A stretch of 64,000 nt of DNA. Source: a virus. The stretch's first letter is position 1. Every line of letters begins with the position of its first letter. The notes below the pieces were generated by a model. The model saw only the letters and a list, made by a program, of their open reading frames with translations. It had not been told where the DNA came from and made no database searches. The position numbers and the translations under genes were made by a program. The stretch is from IMG/VR virus record IMGVR_UViG_3300028027_000047, positions 1 through 64,000 of that record; one strand, given 5' to 3'. Positions 56,002-64,000 of this stretch are shown here, piece by piece.

Positions 56002-56208
56002 ATGATCTCATACGAAATACCAGATCCTTTTGATACTTTTGTGGCGCACAAGTATAAAGACTATAAGGGAATGCTCTATGACTTCTTTGCAAAAGAATGG
56101 CATTTAAAGGCAGCTTGTTGTGGCGAAGATTTATATGCACCAAATAAAAAAACAATGACAAAGATTAGACTTTATCATACTAGAAACGAATGCATGGGCG
56201 GATATTAA
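56002..56208 (+). CDS. Small Cys/His protein coupled to dnaE
   Basis: ACCG...H...C; TAATG overlap. Confidence 0.65.
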   Translation: MISYEIPDPFDTFVAHKYKDYKGMLYDFFAKEWHLKAACCGEDLYAPNKKTMTKIRLYHTRNECMGGY

Positions 56209-59200
56209 TGAGTTTTACACACCTACATGTTCATTCATACTATTCATTAATGGATGGACTAAATTCACCTAAAGAATTATGCCAAGCAGCGTTAGATGCT
56301 GGGCAAACTGCGATTGCAATTACAGACCATGGTACTCTCTCGTCACACAGAGATATGCAAATTGCCGCAAAGGAAACTGGCATTAAGCCAATTCTTGGTG
56401 TTGAGGCGTACATTTCTCCAACCGATAGGTTTGACAGATCATCTAAAACAGATAAGTCTATTCAGGCCTACAACCATATTATTTTGCTAGCGAAAAATAA
56501 AAAGGGGCTGGAGAACATAAACATTCTGCAAGAGCTTGCTTGGAACGAAGGCTTTTATCATAAGCCACGCATTGATAGAGAGGTTTTAAATGAGTACAAA
56601 GAAGGCATTATCGTTCTTTCTGGATGTCTTAATGGTCTTATTTCGAAGTGCATTGAAAAGGGTGAGTTCGAAGAAGCAAGGTCTATCTTACAAAATTTTA
56701 AGAAAAATTTTGCTGAGGATTTCTATATTGAAGTGCAGTCTCACAATCCCGAAGAAATAAATTCAAAGCTTCTTGAATTAGCCGATGAACTTAAAATTAA
56801 GGCGGTGGCAACAGGAGATGCCCATTTTGCTAAAGAAGAAGACAGAATTCTAGAAGAAGCATTACTCATTCTATCAACATCTCCAAAGGCTGATAAAGAT
56901 ATGGACTTTGATATCTCCAGAAATATGAAGGATATGTTAGATAGATTTAACTATCTTTATCCTGACCGTAGAATCTCATTCCAGGATATGAATTTGTTTA
57001 TTCAAAGCCGTTCCGAGATAGAGGCAGACTTTAATAAAGCTGGGATTAATCGAACAGACATCTATGAAAATACAATGGAAATTGCAGATAAGGTTGGAGA
57101 CTATGACTTCTACCAGGGCCTGGACCTACTGCCAGTCCCGAAGACTGATGCCGATGAAAGACTAAGGGAGTTGGCTGAAAAGGGCTTACAGAGGCTTCAG
57201 AAGGCTTCAGACCCTATTTATATGGACAGGCTTAACGAAGAGCTTGGGATTATTGCCAAGAAAAATTTTGCTTCGTATTTCCTTGTTGTTGGAGATATGA
57301 TTAATTGGGCTAAAGAAAATAATATTATGGTTGGGCCTGGGCGTGGTTCTGCCGCTGGATCTTTAGTTTGTTATACATTAGGAATTACTGATGTGGATCC
57401 AATTAAGTACGACCTACTGTTCTTTAGATTTATTAATGAAGAGCGTAATGACTTTCCAGATATTGATACTGACTTTGAAGACCGCAGAAGAAAAGAAGTT
57501 AAAGATTATTTAAAGAAAAGGTTCAAGCACGTTGCTTCTATTTCTACATACACTTATTTTAAAGATAAGGGTGTTGTTAGAGATGCTGCTCGTGTATTTA
57601 TGGTTCCTCTTCAAGAAGTTAATCGTGCACTAAAATCTGTAGATACATTTGAAGACTTTATAGATTCTCCAAATACAAAAGAATTTAGAATGCGCTACCC
57701 AGAAGTTGTTTGGCTTGCCGATAGACTTCGTGGAAGAATCAGATCAGTAGGCGTACACGCTGCTGGTGTTGTTGTTGCAAAAGATGATTTAAGAAAGTTT
57801 GCGCCAGTTGAATCTCGTGAAGACTCTCAAGATAAAGTATCGGGAAGAATTCCAGTCGTCGCATACGACATGGATACGGTTGCAGATATAGGTCTTATTA
57901 AGCTAGATGCACTAGGTCTTAAGACTTTGTCTGTGATCTCTGATACATTGAAGTCGATTAAAGATAGGCACGGCAAGACAATTAATCTTTCCGAAATGAC
58001 TATGGATGACGCCAATGTTTACAAGATGTTGAACGATGGGTATACAAAGGGTGTATTCCAAGCAGAAGCAACTCCTTACACAAACCTTTTGATTAAGATG
58101 GGTATAGATAAGTTTGAAGATCTTGCTGCTTCTAATGCACTTGTGCGCCCTGGCGCAATGAATACAGTGGGTGCAGCCTACATTAGTCGCAAGAATGGCA
58201 ACGAAGCTGTGGACTACATGCACACAATCATGAAGCCTTTTACCGAGAATACATATGGTGTTATTATATATCAAGAGCAAGTTATGCAGGCATGCGTACA
58301 CTTGGGCGGTATGACTTGGGCAGAGGCTGATAAGGTCCGCAAGATTATTGGAAAGAAAAAGGATGCAAAAGAGTTTGACCAGTTCAAAGATAAGTTTATT
58401 GCTGGGGCTTCAGAACACATTACTAAGAAAAAAGCCGAAGCGCTATGGCATGATTTTGAAGCGCATGCTGGTTATTCTTTTAACCGTTCCCATGCTGTTG
58501 CTTACTCTATGCTTAGTTATTATACTGCTTGGCTTAAGTTTTATTATCCGCTTGAGTTCATGTTTTCAATTCTTAAAAATGAAAATGATAAAGACGCAAG
58601 AACAGAATATTTAATTGAGTCAAAAAGACTTGGGCTAAAAGTACTGCTACCTCATATCAATGAGTCCCAGGTTTATTTTTCTTTACAAGATAATGCAATT
58701 AGATTTGGATTGGCTGAAGTAAAGTTTATTTCAGACAGTATTGCAAACAAGATAATAGAAAGAAGACCGTTCAGTGACTATGCTGACTTTATTGATAAGG
58801 CATCGAAAAAGGGTTCTGGCATTAATAGCCGTGCTATTGCTGCTCTTAACTCCATCGGCGGTGCTGCGTTTACTGATAACAAAAGGCAAGGAAATGAAAA
58901 AGACAATTACTATGAATACTTAGGTATTCCAACATTTAATCTTGAAGGAATTCCTCCAAGGATTAAAGCTCAGGCAAGACCAATTGAAGAGTTTGACGAT
59001 CTTGGTTCATTTGTAATGTTTGGAATGGCTAAGTCCATCAAGCGTGGAAATGGGTGGGCTAGAGTTGAGCTAGTTGATGAGACTGGTTCTGTTGGTTTAT
59101 TCCATACTGAGCAAACACAAATTGAAACAGGACAGATGTATTTTATTCTAGTTGGAGACAACAGAATAGCTAGGTATATAAAGGTGTCCGATATAAGCCC

Positions 59201-59477
59201 AGACTCTAGTGACCTATTTGTTGATTATCTGTACAGAAAAAAGTATGATCTTGAAGAAGACGAGTACATTGTGGTAAACTTTACACCTTACACAACCAAG
59301 GCTGGGAAGCAAATGAGCCACATCGTCTTATCGGACAGAGACAAAAAGTTAACAAGAGCTATTGCTTTCCCAGCAATGTATAAAATGACTTTAGCAAAAA
59401 TGCGAGAAGGAATGAAATGTAAAGTGACGTTAGCTAAACTAGATGACGGGACATTAAATATCAAGGAGATAAAATGA
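56208..59477 (+). CDS. dnaE: DNA polymerase III alpha subunit (family C)
   Basis: PHP HLHVHSYYS..DG, TDHG; GPGRGSAAGS; PDIDTD; KLDALGL; YSFNRSHA. Confidence 0.96.
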   Translation: MSFTHLHVHSYYSLMDGLNSPKELCQAALDAGQTAIAITDHGTLSSHRDMQIAAKETGIKPILGVEAYISPTDRFDRSSKTDKSIQAYNHIILLAKNKKGLENINILQELAWNEGFYHKPRIDREVLNEYKEGIIVLSGCLNGLISKCIEKGEFEEARSILQNFKKNFAEDFYIEVQSHNPEEINSKLLELADELKIKAVATGDAHFAKEEDRILEEALLILSTSPKADKDMDFDISRNMKDMLDRFNYLYPDRRISFQDMNLFIQSRSEIEADFNKAGINRTDIYENTMEIADKVGDYDFYQGLDLLPVPKTDADERLRELAEKGLQRLQKASDPIYMDRLNEELGIIAKKNFASYFLVVGDMINWAKENNIMVGPGRGSAAGSLVCYTLGITDVDPIKYDLLFFRFINEERNDFPDIDTDFEDRRRKEVKDYLKKRFKHVASISTYTYFKDKGVVRDAARVFMVPLQEVNRALKSVDTFEDFIDSPNTKEFRMRYPEVVWLADRLRGRIRSVGVHAAGVVVAKDDLRKFAPVESREDSQDKVSGRIPVVAYDMDTVADIGLIKLDALGLKTLSVISDTLKSIKDRHGKTINLSEMTMDDANVYKMLNDGYTKGVFQAEATPYTNLLIKMGIDKFEDLAASNALVRPGAMNTVGAAYISRKNGNEAVDYMHTIMKPFTENTYGVIIYQEQVMQACVHLGGMTWAEADKVRKIIGKKKDAKEFDQFKDKFIAGASEHITKKKAEALWHDFEAHAGYSFNRSHAVAYSMLSYYTAWLKFYYPLEFMFSILKNENDKDARTEYLIESKRLGLKVLLPHINESQVYFSLQDNAIRFGLAEVKFISDSIANKIIERRPFSDYADFIDKASKKGSGINSRAIAALNSIGGAAFTDNKRQGNEKDNYYEYLGIPTFNLEGIPPRIKAQARPIEEFDDLGSFVMFGMAKSIKRGNGWARVELVDETGSVGLFHTEQTQIETGQMYFILVGDNRIARYIKVSDISPDSSDLFVDYLYRKKYDLEEDEYIVVNFTPYTTKAGKQMSHIVLSDRDKKLTRAIAFPAMYKMTLAKMREGMKCKVTLAKLDDGTLNIKEIK

Positions 59478-59725
59478 CAGAAGACATTAAAGTAAGTACA
59501 GCAGAAGATGTATTTGGCGCACTTAGTGTACCAAAGATTTTGATTGCTGCCCTAGAAACACTTGGCACAATCACTGTGTCAACAGACTTATTTATGAATG
59601 CAGCAACGGATGACCAAGAGCTTAAAGTTGATTATAATTCAGATGATCAAACATTTACATTTACACTAAAAGGAAAAGATGAATCAGGGACAGATAACGA
59701 CCAGCTCATTACAGACTTCGAGTAA
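59474..59725 (+). CDS. Hypothetical acidic protein
   Basis: AAGGAG SD; ATGA overlap. Confidence 0.65.
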   Translation: MTEDIKVSTAEDVFGALSVPKILIAALETLGTITVSTDLFMNAATDDQELKVDYNSDDQTFTFTLKGKDESGTDNDQLITDFE

Positions 59726-60068
59726 AGATCTAGAGCTTGTGACTGATTATGGACTAGACGTCCTGTCAGCATTATTGCATGAGACGGCAATTGAAAAAGG
59801 TTTTTGGGATAAGCCAAAAAACTTTGATGTGCTTGGAAATAAGTTGGCTTTAATACACTCGGAAGTAACTGAAGTTCTTGAAGCTATTAGAAAGAATAAA
59901 GGCTCGGAAGAAATTGTAGAAGAGATGGTCGACATCTTAATTAGAACTCTTGACCTATATGCATCAATGCGTAACGGTGGATTTGTAGAACATAGTTTAG
60001 ATGAAGTTTTATTTAAAAAAATGGAAATTAATAAAGAAAGACCAAGGCTTCACGGCAATTTATTTTAA
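59679..60068 (+). CDS. MazG-like nucleotide pyrophosphohydrolase
   Basis: LALIHSEVTEVLEA...EEMVDILIRTLD...K...N..RP. Confidence 0.8.
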   Translation: MNQGQITTSSLQTSSKDLELVTDYGLDVLSALLHETAIEKGFWDKPKNFDVLGNKLALIHSEVTEVLEAIRKNKGSEEIVEEMVDILIRTLDLYASMRNGGFVEHSLDEVLFKKMEINKERPRLHGNLF

Positions 60069-60077
60069 TGATATAAT
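60069..60077 (+). promoter_or_regulatory. Extended -10 promoter for the recA operon
   Basis: TGATATAAT upstream of recA. Confidence 0.5.
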
Positions 60078-60098
60078 TGTATAAAAGAAAGAGAATAA

Positions 60099-61103
60099 AT
60101 GACTATAGCGATAGACGATATCCTAGCGGCACTAGATCCAAAAACAAGAGCAAGAGTTAAAGCAGCACAAGATGTAAAAGTAGAAAAGCAAAAGACACCA
60201 AGCATTGGCCTAAACATGGCATTAAAGGGAGGTCTTGGCTACGGAAGACAGGTTCTTGTTTGGGGAAATAAATCCGCAGGAAAGTCTTCATTCTGTTTAC
60301 AGATGATTGCGCTTGCTCAAAAAGAAGGCAAGACTTGTGCATGGATTGACGCCGAAGCATCATACGATCAGGCTTGGGCTGAGATGCTTGGGGTAGATTC
60401 CTCTTCCCTTATCTATTCACCAGCTAAAACAGTTAATGATATGGTTGATGTTGCTACAAAGCTAATGGATGCTGGTGTTGATATTATTGTAGTAGATTCT
60501 ATATCTGCCCTACTGCCAGCCATTTATTTTGAAAAAGATGGTAATGAAATGAAAGATTTGCAAGACACAAAGCAAATCGGCGCTGAAGCAAAGGATATGA
60601 CTCACGCAGTCAAGATGTTAAACTATGCAAACAAGAACACACTATTGGTACTCATCTCACAACAAAGAAATCAGTTTGGATCTATGCATGCCTCCCACAT
60701 ACCGACAGGAGGAATGGCAGTCAAGTTCTTCTCTTCCACCGTCATTAAGCTTTGGTCTTCTGAGGCTGAAGCTAATGCTATCAAAGCAGGCGTTAAGGTT
60801 GGTGACAAGATTATTGAACAAAGAGTTGGCAGACCAGTCAATTGGATTATTGATTACAACAAGCTCGGCCCCCCTAACTTATCTGGACAATACGATTTCT
60901 ACTACCAAGGAGAATCTCTAGGAGTTGATCTTGTTGGAGAGACTCTGGATGTCGCAGAAATGGTTGGCGCTATAGAAAAGGGCGGCGCTTGGTACACTAT
61001 AAATGGAGAAAGATTACAGGGTCGTGCAAAAGCTGTCACATACTTAAAAGATAATCCAAAGGTTGTTGATCAGCTAATTAAGGACATTGATGCCAAATCT
61101 TAA
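60099..61103 (+). CDS. recA: RecA/UvsX-like recombinase
   Basis: GNKSAGKS, WIDAE, VVDSIS, TGGMAVKF, KGGAWY...QG. Confidence 0.93.
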   Translation: MTIAIDDILAALDPKTRARVKAAQDVKVEKQKTPSIGLNMALKGGLGYGRQVLVWGNKSAGKSSFCLQMIALAQKEGKTCAWIDAEASYDQAWAEMLGVDSSSLIYSPAKTVNDMVDVATKLMDAGVDIIVVDSISALLPAIYFEKDGNEMKDLQDTKQIGAEAKDMTHAVKMLNYANKNTLLVLISQQRNQFGSMHASHIPTGGMAVKFFSSTVIKLWSSEAEANAIKAGVKVGDKIIEQRVGRPVNWIIDYNKLGPPNLSGQYDFYYQGESLGVDLVGETLDVAEMVGAIEKGGAWYTINGERLQGRAKAVTYLKDNPKVVDQLIKDIDAKS

Positions 61104-61287
61104 TGAATTTTTAAAAAATATTAATGTTGAAGAAAATATTCTTGATGAAAATATTCAAATAATAAAACAGATGAGGCCTTGCTCAAAGTGTGATTTATAT
61201 GTTGAGTCATATGAATTCAACACAAATTCCATGGAGATGTACTGGAAATGTAAGGATGGGCATGAGACAAGGTATAGTGTTGGCTGA
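61090..61287 (+). CDS. Small zinc-binding protein
   Basis: CSKC...C..GH. Confidence 0.6.
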   Translation: MPNLNEFLKNINVEENILDENIQIIKQMRPCSKCDLYVESYEFNTNSMEMYWKCKDGHETRYSVG

Positions 61288-61589
61288 TGTCAGAAAGATC
61301 AGAAGTCAAAAGGGATGGGGCTAAGGCTCAAAAAAACAGTGGGCGTGGAGATTATCAAAAGGGCGACGCTCAATGGAAACAGTTCCTTGTTGATTATAAA
61401 GAAGCAGGATCATCATTCACTTTAAATAAAGACATCTGGGCAAAGATATGCACAGATACATTTAAAGTAAATAGAGATATGTACCCAGCGTTAAAAATTA
61501 TTATAGGTAAAGACTCCAAGGTTCGACTTGGAATTATCGAGTGGGCAGTTCTTGAAGAGCTGATTCAGTTTTGGGAGAACAACCAGTGA
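61287..61589 (+). CDS. PD-(D/E)XK Holliday-junction-resolvase-like nuclease
   Basis: E......G....NSG....KGD......VDYK. Confidence 0.7.
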   Translation: MSERSEVKRDGAKAQKNSGRGDYQKGDAQWKQFLVDYKEAGSSFTLNKDIWAKICTDTFKVNRDMYPALKIIIGKDSKVRLGIIEWAVLEELIQFWENNQ

Positions 61590-61591
61590 CT

Positions 61592-61690
61592 ATGTTTTTA
61601 TTTGGATTAATGGTAGGATTTATTATTGGGTATCCAGTCGGACTATTCATTGACAAGTGGGATAAGAGGATTAAAAATGGCGGAAGATAA
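61592..61690 (+). CDS. 32-aa single-pass membrane microprotein (not in the ORF track)
   Basis: MFLFGLMVGFIIGYPVGLFIDKWDKRIKNGGR fills the gap between two genes; an in-frame GTG at 61586 overlaps the upstream stop. Confidence 0.55.
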   Translation: MFLFGLMVGFIIGYPVGLFIDKWDKRIKNGGR

Positions 61691-62015
61691 GAACACACTT
61701 CAATTAATTAGTGATATAACAGAGTTCAATGATCTGCACGAATATATGCAAGATGAGCACCTAGACAAAGCATTGGCTATTGTTGTAAAGCTATTGATGA
61801 CACCAGATGTTCCATCAGCAAAAGCCCCTATCCTTATTATGGAACTTCAAGCAATGTCCACCAAGTTTGCCGTAATGTCTTCTGTGTATTCAACCATTGC
61901 TAAGGATAAAGCGGGAACAGTAAATAACAATAAAAAGAACGTTTATTATTCAGTAAAGGAGTCCATAGACAAACTTGTAGATGCACTCAAGTATGTCGTT
62001 AGGTACAACTCATAA
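61677..62015 (+). CDS. Hypothetical protein
   Basis: GAGG SD before ATG 61677; helical. Confidence 0.7.
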   Translation: MAEDKNTLQLISDITEFNDLHEYMQDEHLDKALAIVVKLLMTPDVPSAKAPILIMELQAMSTKFAVMSSVYSTIAKDKAGTVNNNKKNVYYSVKESIDKLVDALKYVVRYNS

Positions 62016-62807
62016 ATGGCTAGAGATATTGTAAAGAACCTTAAGTTTAAGAAACATACTGGAAAGTTCTTTGACCCAGAAAAGTTTGCGTCATTGCTTG
62101 ACGAGTCATATCGTAATACCAAAAGAGCAGACGGACAGATGACAAAGAAGTCATTTAGCCCAAGCTCACTTGGATATGGGCACGGAACATGCCCTAGATA
62201 TTGGTATATGGCTTTTTCTGGTGCAGTATTTATTGATGATAACGATGCTGTAGCGGTTGCCAATATGGCACAAGGAACCCAGGCTCACGAAAGACTTCAA
62301 AAGCTTATTGCTACAATGCCAGAATGGAAAGCGGAAGAAGAGGAGATAATTAATGAGTATCCCCCCATCAGAGGTTTTATAGATCTAATCATGGAGTACG
62401 ATGGCGAGACTGTAATTGGTGAAATCAAAACGGCGAAGCAAGAAGTTTGGGACACCAGACAGTCAGAAATGAAGTCGTCAGCAAACCATATGCTTCAGCT
62501 ATTAACCTATATGAAATTAAAGAATGCTAAAGAAGGATTCTTTCTGTATGAAAACAAAAACACCCAAGAGATATTAATTATTCCTATTTCAATGAATGAT
62601 AAGAATAAAGCAATAATCGAAGAGGCATTTTCTTGGATGGAGCAAGTCTGGGATAACTTTCAAAATGGAGACCTACCAGTAAGGCCATCAGGATCAACTA
62701 AGTCAAAGATGCCCTGTACTTATTGCCCAGTTAAAAAGGAATGCTATGACAAGTCTGGTCCAGTGGGCACAGTAGAAATAGATTTATATAAGGTTCCTAA
62801 GATATGA
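62016..62807 (+). CDS. Cas4-like exonuclease
   Basis: CPR..., GTQAHE, G.ID...EIKT, Q...Y, C-x2-C-x5-C. Confidence 0.85.
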   Translation: MARDIVKNLKFKKHTGKFFDPEKFASLLDESYRNTKRADGQMTKKSFSPSSLGYGHGTCPRYWYMAFSGAVFIDDNDAVAVANMAQGTQAHERLQKLIATMPEWKAEEEEIINEYPPIRGFIDLIMEYDGETVIGEIKTAKQEVWDTRQSEMKSSANHMLQLLTYMKLKNAKEGFFLYENKNTQEILIIPISMNDKNKAIIEEAFSWMEQVWDNFQNGDLPVRPSGSTKSKMPCTYCPVKKECYDKSGPVGTVEIDLYKVPKI

Positions 62808-63082
62808 TTTGTGCTAATAAGGAATGCGCTAAAGATTTTATTGGGAAAACCCATAATCAAAAATATTGTACAGATGAGTGTTGCAGAGTTGCAACAAATA
62901 AAAGAATCATGGAAAAGTATTATGAAAAAAAAGCTATCAAAAAAGGTGCAGTCAGGTTATGTAAAACATGTAAATCTCAGCTTAGCAGATACAACTCAGA
63001 TGAAGTTTGCTCTTCCTGTTTAAAGAAATCAAATTCTAAATCAAAGAAATTATTACAAGGAATAGTAGATGAAATTAGCTAG
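62804..63082 (+). CDS. Cys-rich zinc-binding protein
   Basis: CANKEC...YCTDECC...CKTC...CSSC. Confidence 0.7.
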   Translation: MICANKECAKDFIGKTHNQKYCTDECCRVATNKRIMEKYYEKKAIKKGAVRLCKTCKSQLSRYNSDEVCSSCLKKSNSKSKKLLQGIVDEIS

Positions 63083-63635
63083 CCTCATAAAGACAAAAGC
63101 AAATAGGGTTTTAGGGATAGATGCCTCAACCAACTCTATAGCCTTTTGTTTAATGGAAGACGATATTCCCCTAAAGTGGGGAAAGATAAATCTTGTTGGC
63201 GAAGATATATATGAAAAAATTTATGATGCAAAAAACAAAATGGCAATGATGCTAGATGAATTAAAGAGTGATTATATTGCCGTAGAGGGTGCAATACTTG
63301 TCAGATCACCAGATGCTGTGATAAAATTGTCTTATGTCTATGGAGTTGTTATTGCTGAGCTTATGTCTACTGGTGCTAAGGTTATTACTATTAGCCCATC
63401 ATCGTGGCAGGCGTACATTGGCAACAAAAATCCTACGAAAGATGAGAAGTCTGCAATAAGGTTGGCTAATCCAGGTTATGCTGAGTCTTGGTATAAAAAT
63501 CAGTTAAGAAATATGAGAAAGCAAAGAACTGCTGATTACTTTAATAAAAAATACGGTTTAGAAATTATAGATTTTGATGTTGCAGATAGCTTTGGAATTG
63601 CACACTATAGCAACCAGGTGCTTACTAAGCGATGA
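63069..63635 (+). CDS. ruvC: RuvC-like Holliday junction resolvase
   Basis: VLGIDAS, IAVE, PSSW, DVADS. Confidence 0.8.
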   Translation: MKLASLIKTKANRVLGIDASTNSIAFCLMEDDIPLKWGKINLVGEDIYEKIYDAKNKMAMMLDELKSDYIAVEGAILVRSPDAVIKLSYVYGVVIAELMSTGAKVITISPSSWQAYIGNKNPTKDEKSAIRLANPGYAESWYKNQLRNMRKQRTADYFNKKYGLEIIDFDVADSFGIAHYSNQVLTKR

Positions 63636-63778
63636 AACTTTATCAAAGCAAAGATTGGCTATACAGAAGATACATAGTTCAAAAGAAAACAGTTACAGAA
63701 ATAGGTAAAGAGTGCGGGGTCTCTGCTATGACTATACAGAGATATTTACAAGAGTTTGGATTGTTGAGAAAAAAATGA
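63632..63778 (+). CDS. 48-aa HTH protein (not in the ORF track)
   Basis: MKLYQSKDWLYRRYIVQKKTVTEIGKECGVSAMTIQRYLQEFGL; ATGA overlaps at both ends. Confidence 0.75.
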   Translation: MKLYQSKDWLYRRYIVQKKTVTEIGKECGVSAMTIQRYLQEFGLLRKK

Positions 63779-64000
63779 GTGAGTACCCAAATAAAGATGG
63801 CGGATACCAGGCTTGGATAACAGACCTTCAGTTGATTGCAACAGATGCTCCTTCTGGACATAAAATCATTAGAGAGTGTTTAGAGATTTCAGAGATGCTC
63901 ATAAAGAAGAATATATCATATGGCAACTCTGCGCTTGATCCAATTCGTATATTTTCCAAGGCGGATTCAACAGAACAAATTCGTGTTCGTATTGATGATA
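63775..64000 (+). CDS. DUF1599/nucleotide-modification-associated-domain-like protein, 3'-truncated
   Basis: MLIKKNISYGNSALDP...IRVRIDD. Confidence 0.6.
   Translation, partial: MSEYPNKDGGYQAWITDLQLIATDAPSGHKIIRECLEISEMLIKKNISYGNSALDPIRIFSKADSTEQIRVRIDD

Noticed and set aside
52768-61103. Inteins or introns in DnaB, DnaE and RecA
   Set aside because: Lengths are ordinary and motifs are contiguous. The only Hint domain is in ORF 8708.
1756-63861. Minus-strand and alternate-frame ORFs in the ORF track (e.g. 23034..23669, 17828..18343, 32960..33496, Gln/Leu-rich 7362..7640)
   Set aside because: They are shadows of long + strand genes with biased codon use (GCA/ACA runs) and have no SD or recognisable motifs.
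1-64000. Stop-codon reassignment
   Set aside because: Genes are full length and tightly packed under code 11; TAA, TAG and TGA all end genes.
1-64000. tRNA/rRNA genes, terminase, integrase, lysis genes
   Set aside because: None recognised. Intergenic gaps are short, and these functions probably lie outside the window.

Overview
The window is 64 kb of a large, AT-rich tailed phage genome (siphovirus-type; GC in the high-30s% by eye). All credible genes are on the + strand. The gene order resembles large actinobacteriophages such as the Streptomyces BE/BK-type and freshwater actinophages. Sigma-70/HrdB-type promoters with leaderless starts also point to an actinobacterial host (inference). Layout: (1) 1-10.3 kb, collagen-, FN3- and Ala-rich fibre/appendage genes, ending in an FN3 + (PFGFT)n + Hint-domain protein. 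(2) 10.3-17.4 kb, an 11-gene island of putative protein-modifying enzymes: GNAT-like, Asp/Asn beta-hydroxylase-like, cupin/2OG oxygenases, prolyl-4-hydroxylase-like and GT60-like. (3) 17.5-29.7 kb, a collagen/S74 fibre, LamG protein, portal, prohead protease, major capsid, neck, major tail, and a tail chaperone with a -1 frameshift. (4) 29.7-41.4 kb, a 3892-aa tape measure protein carrying folded cargo modules separated by recurring GG motifs: two HipA/PI3K-like kinases, an OmpA-like peptidoglycan-binding domain, an ADP-ribosyltransferase-like domain and a possible His-Me nuclease. (5) 41.4-50.5 kb, tail tip genes. (6) 50.6-64 kb, replication/recombination genes: phosphoesterase, DnaB, DnaG, SSB, DnaE, MazG-like, RecA, resolvase, Cas4-like and RuvC. 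The two strongest candidates for an undescribed system are the tape measure protein acting as a polymorphic effector-delivery polyprotein, and the Hint/(PFGFT)n protein with its adjacent modification island. All domain calls come from reading motifs by eye; no database searches were run.
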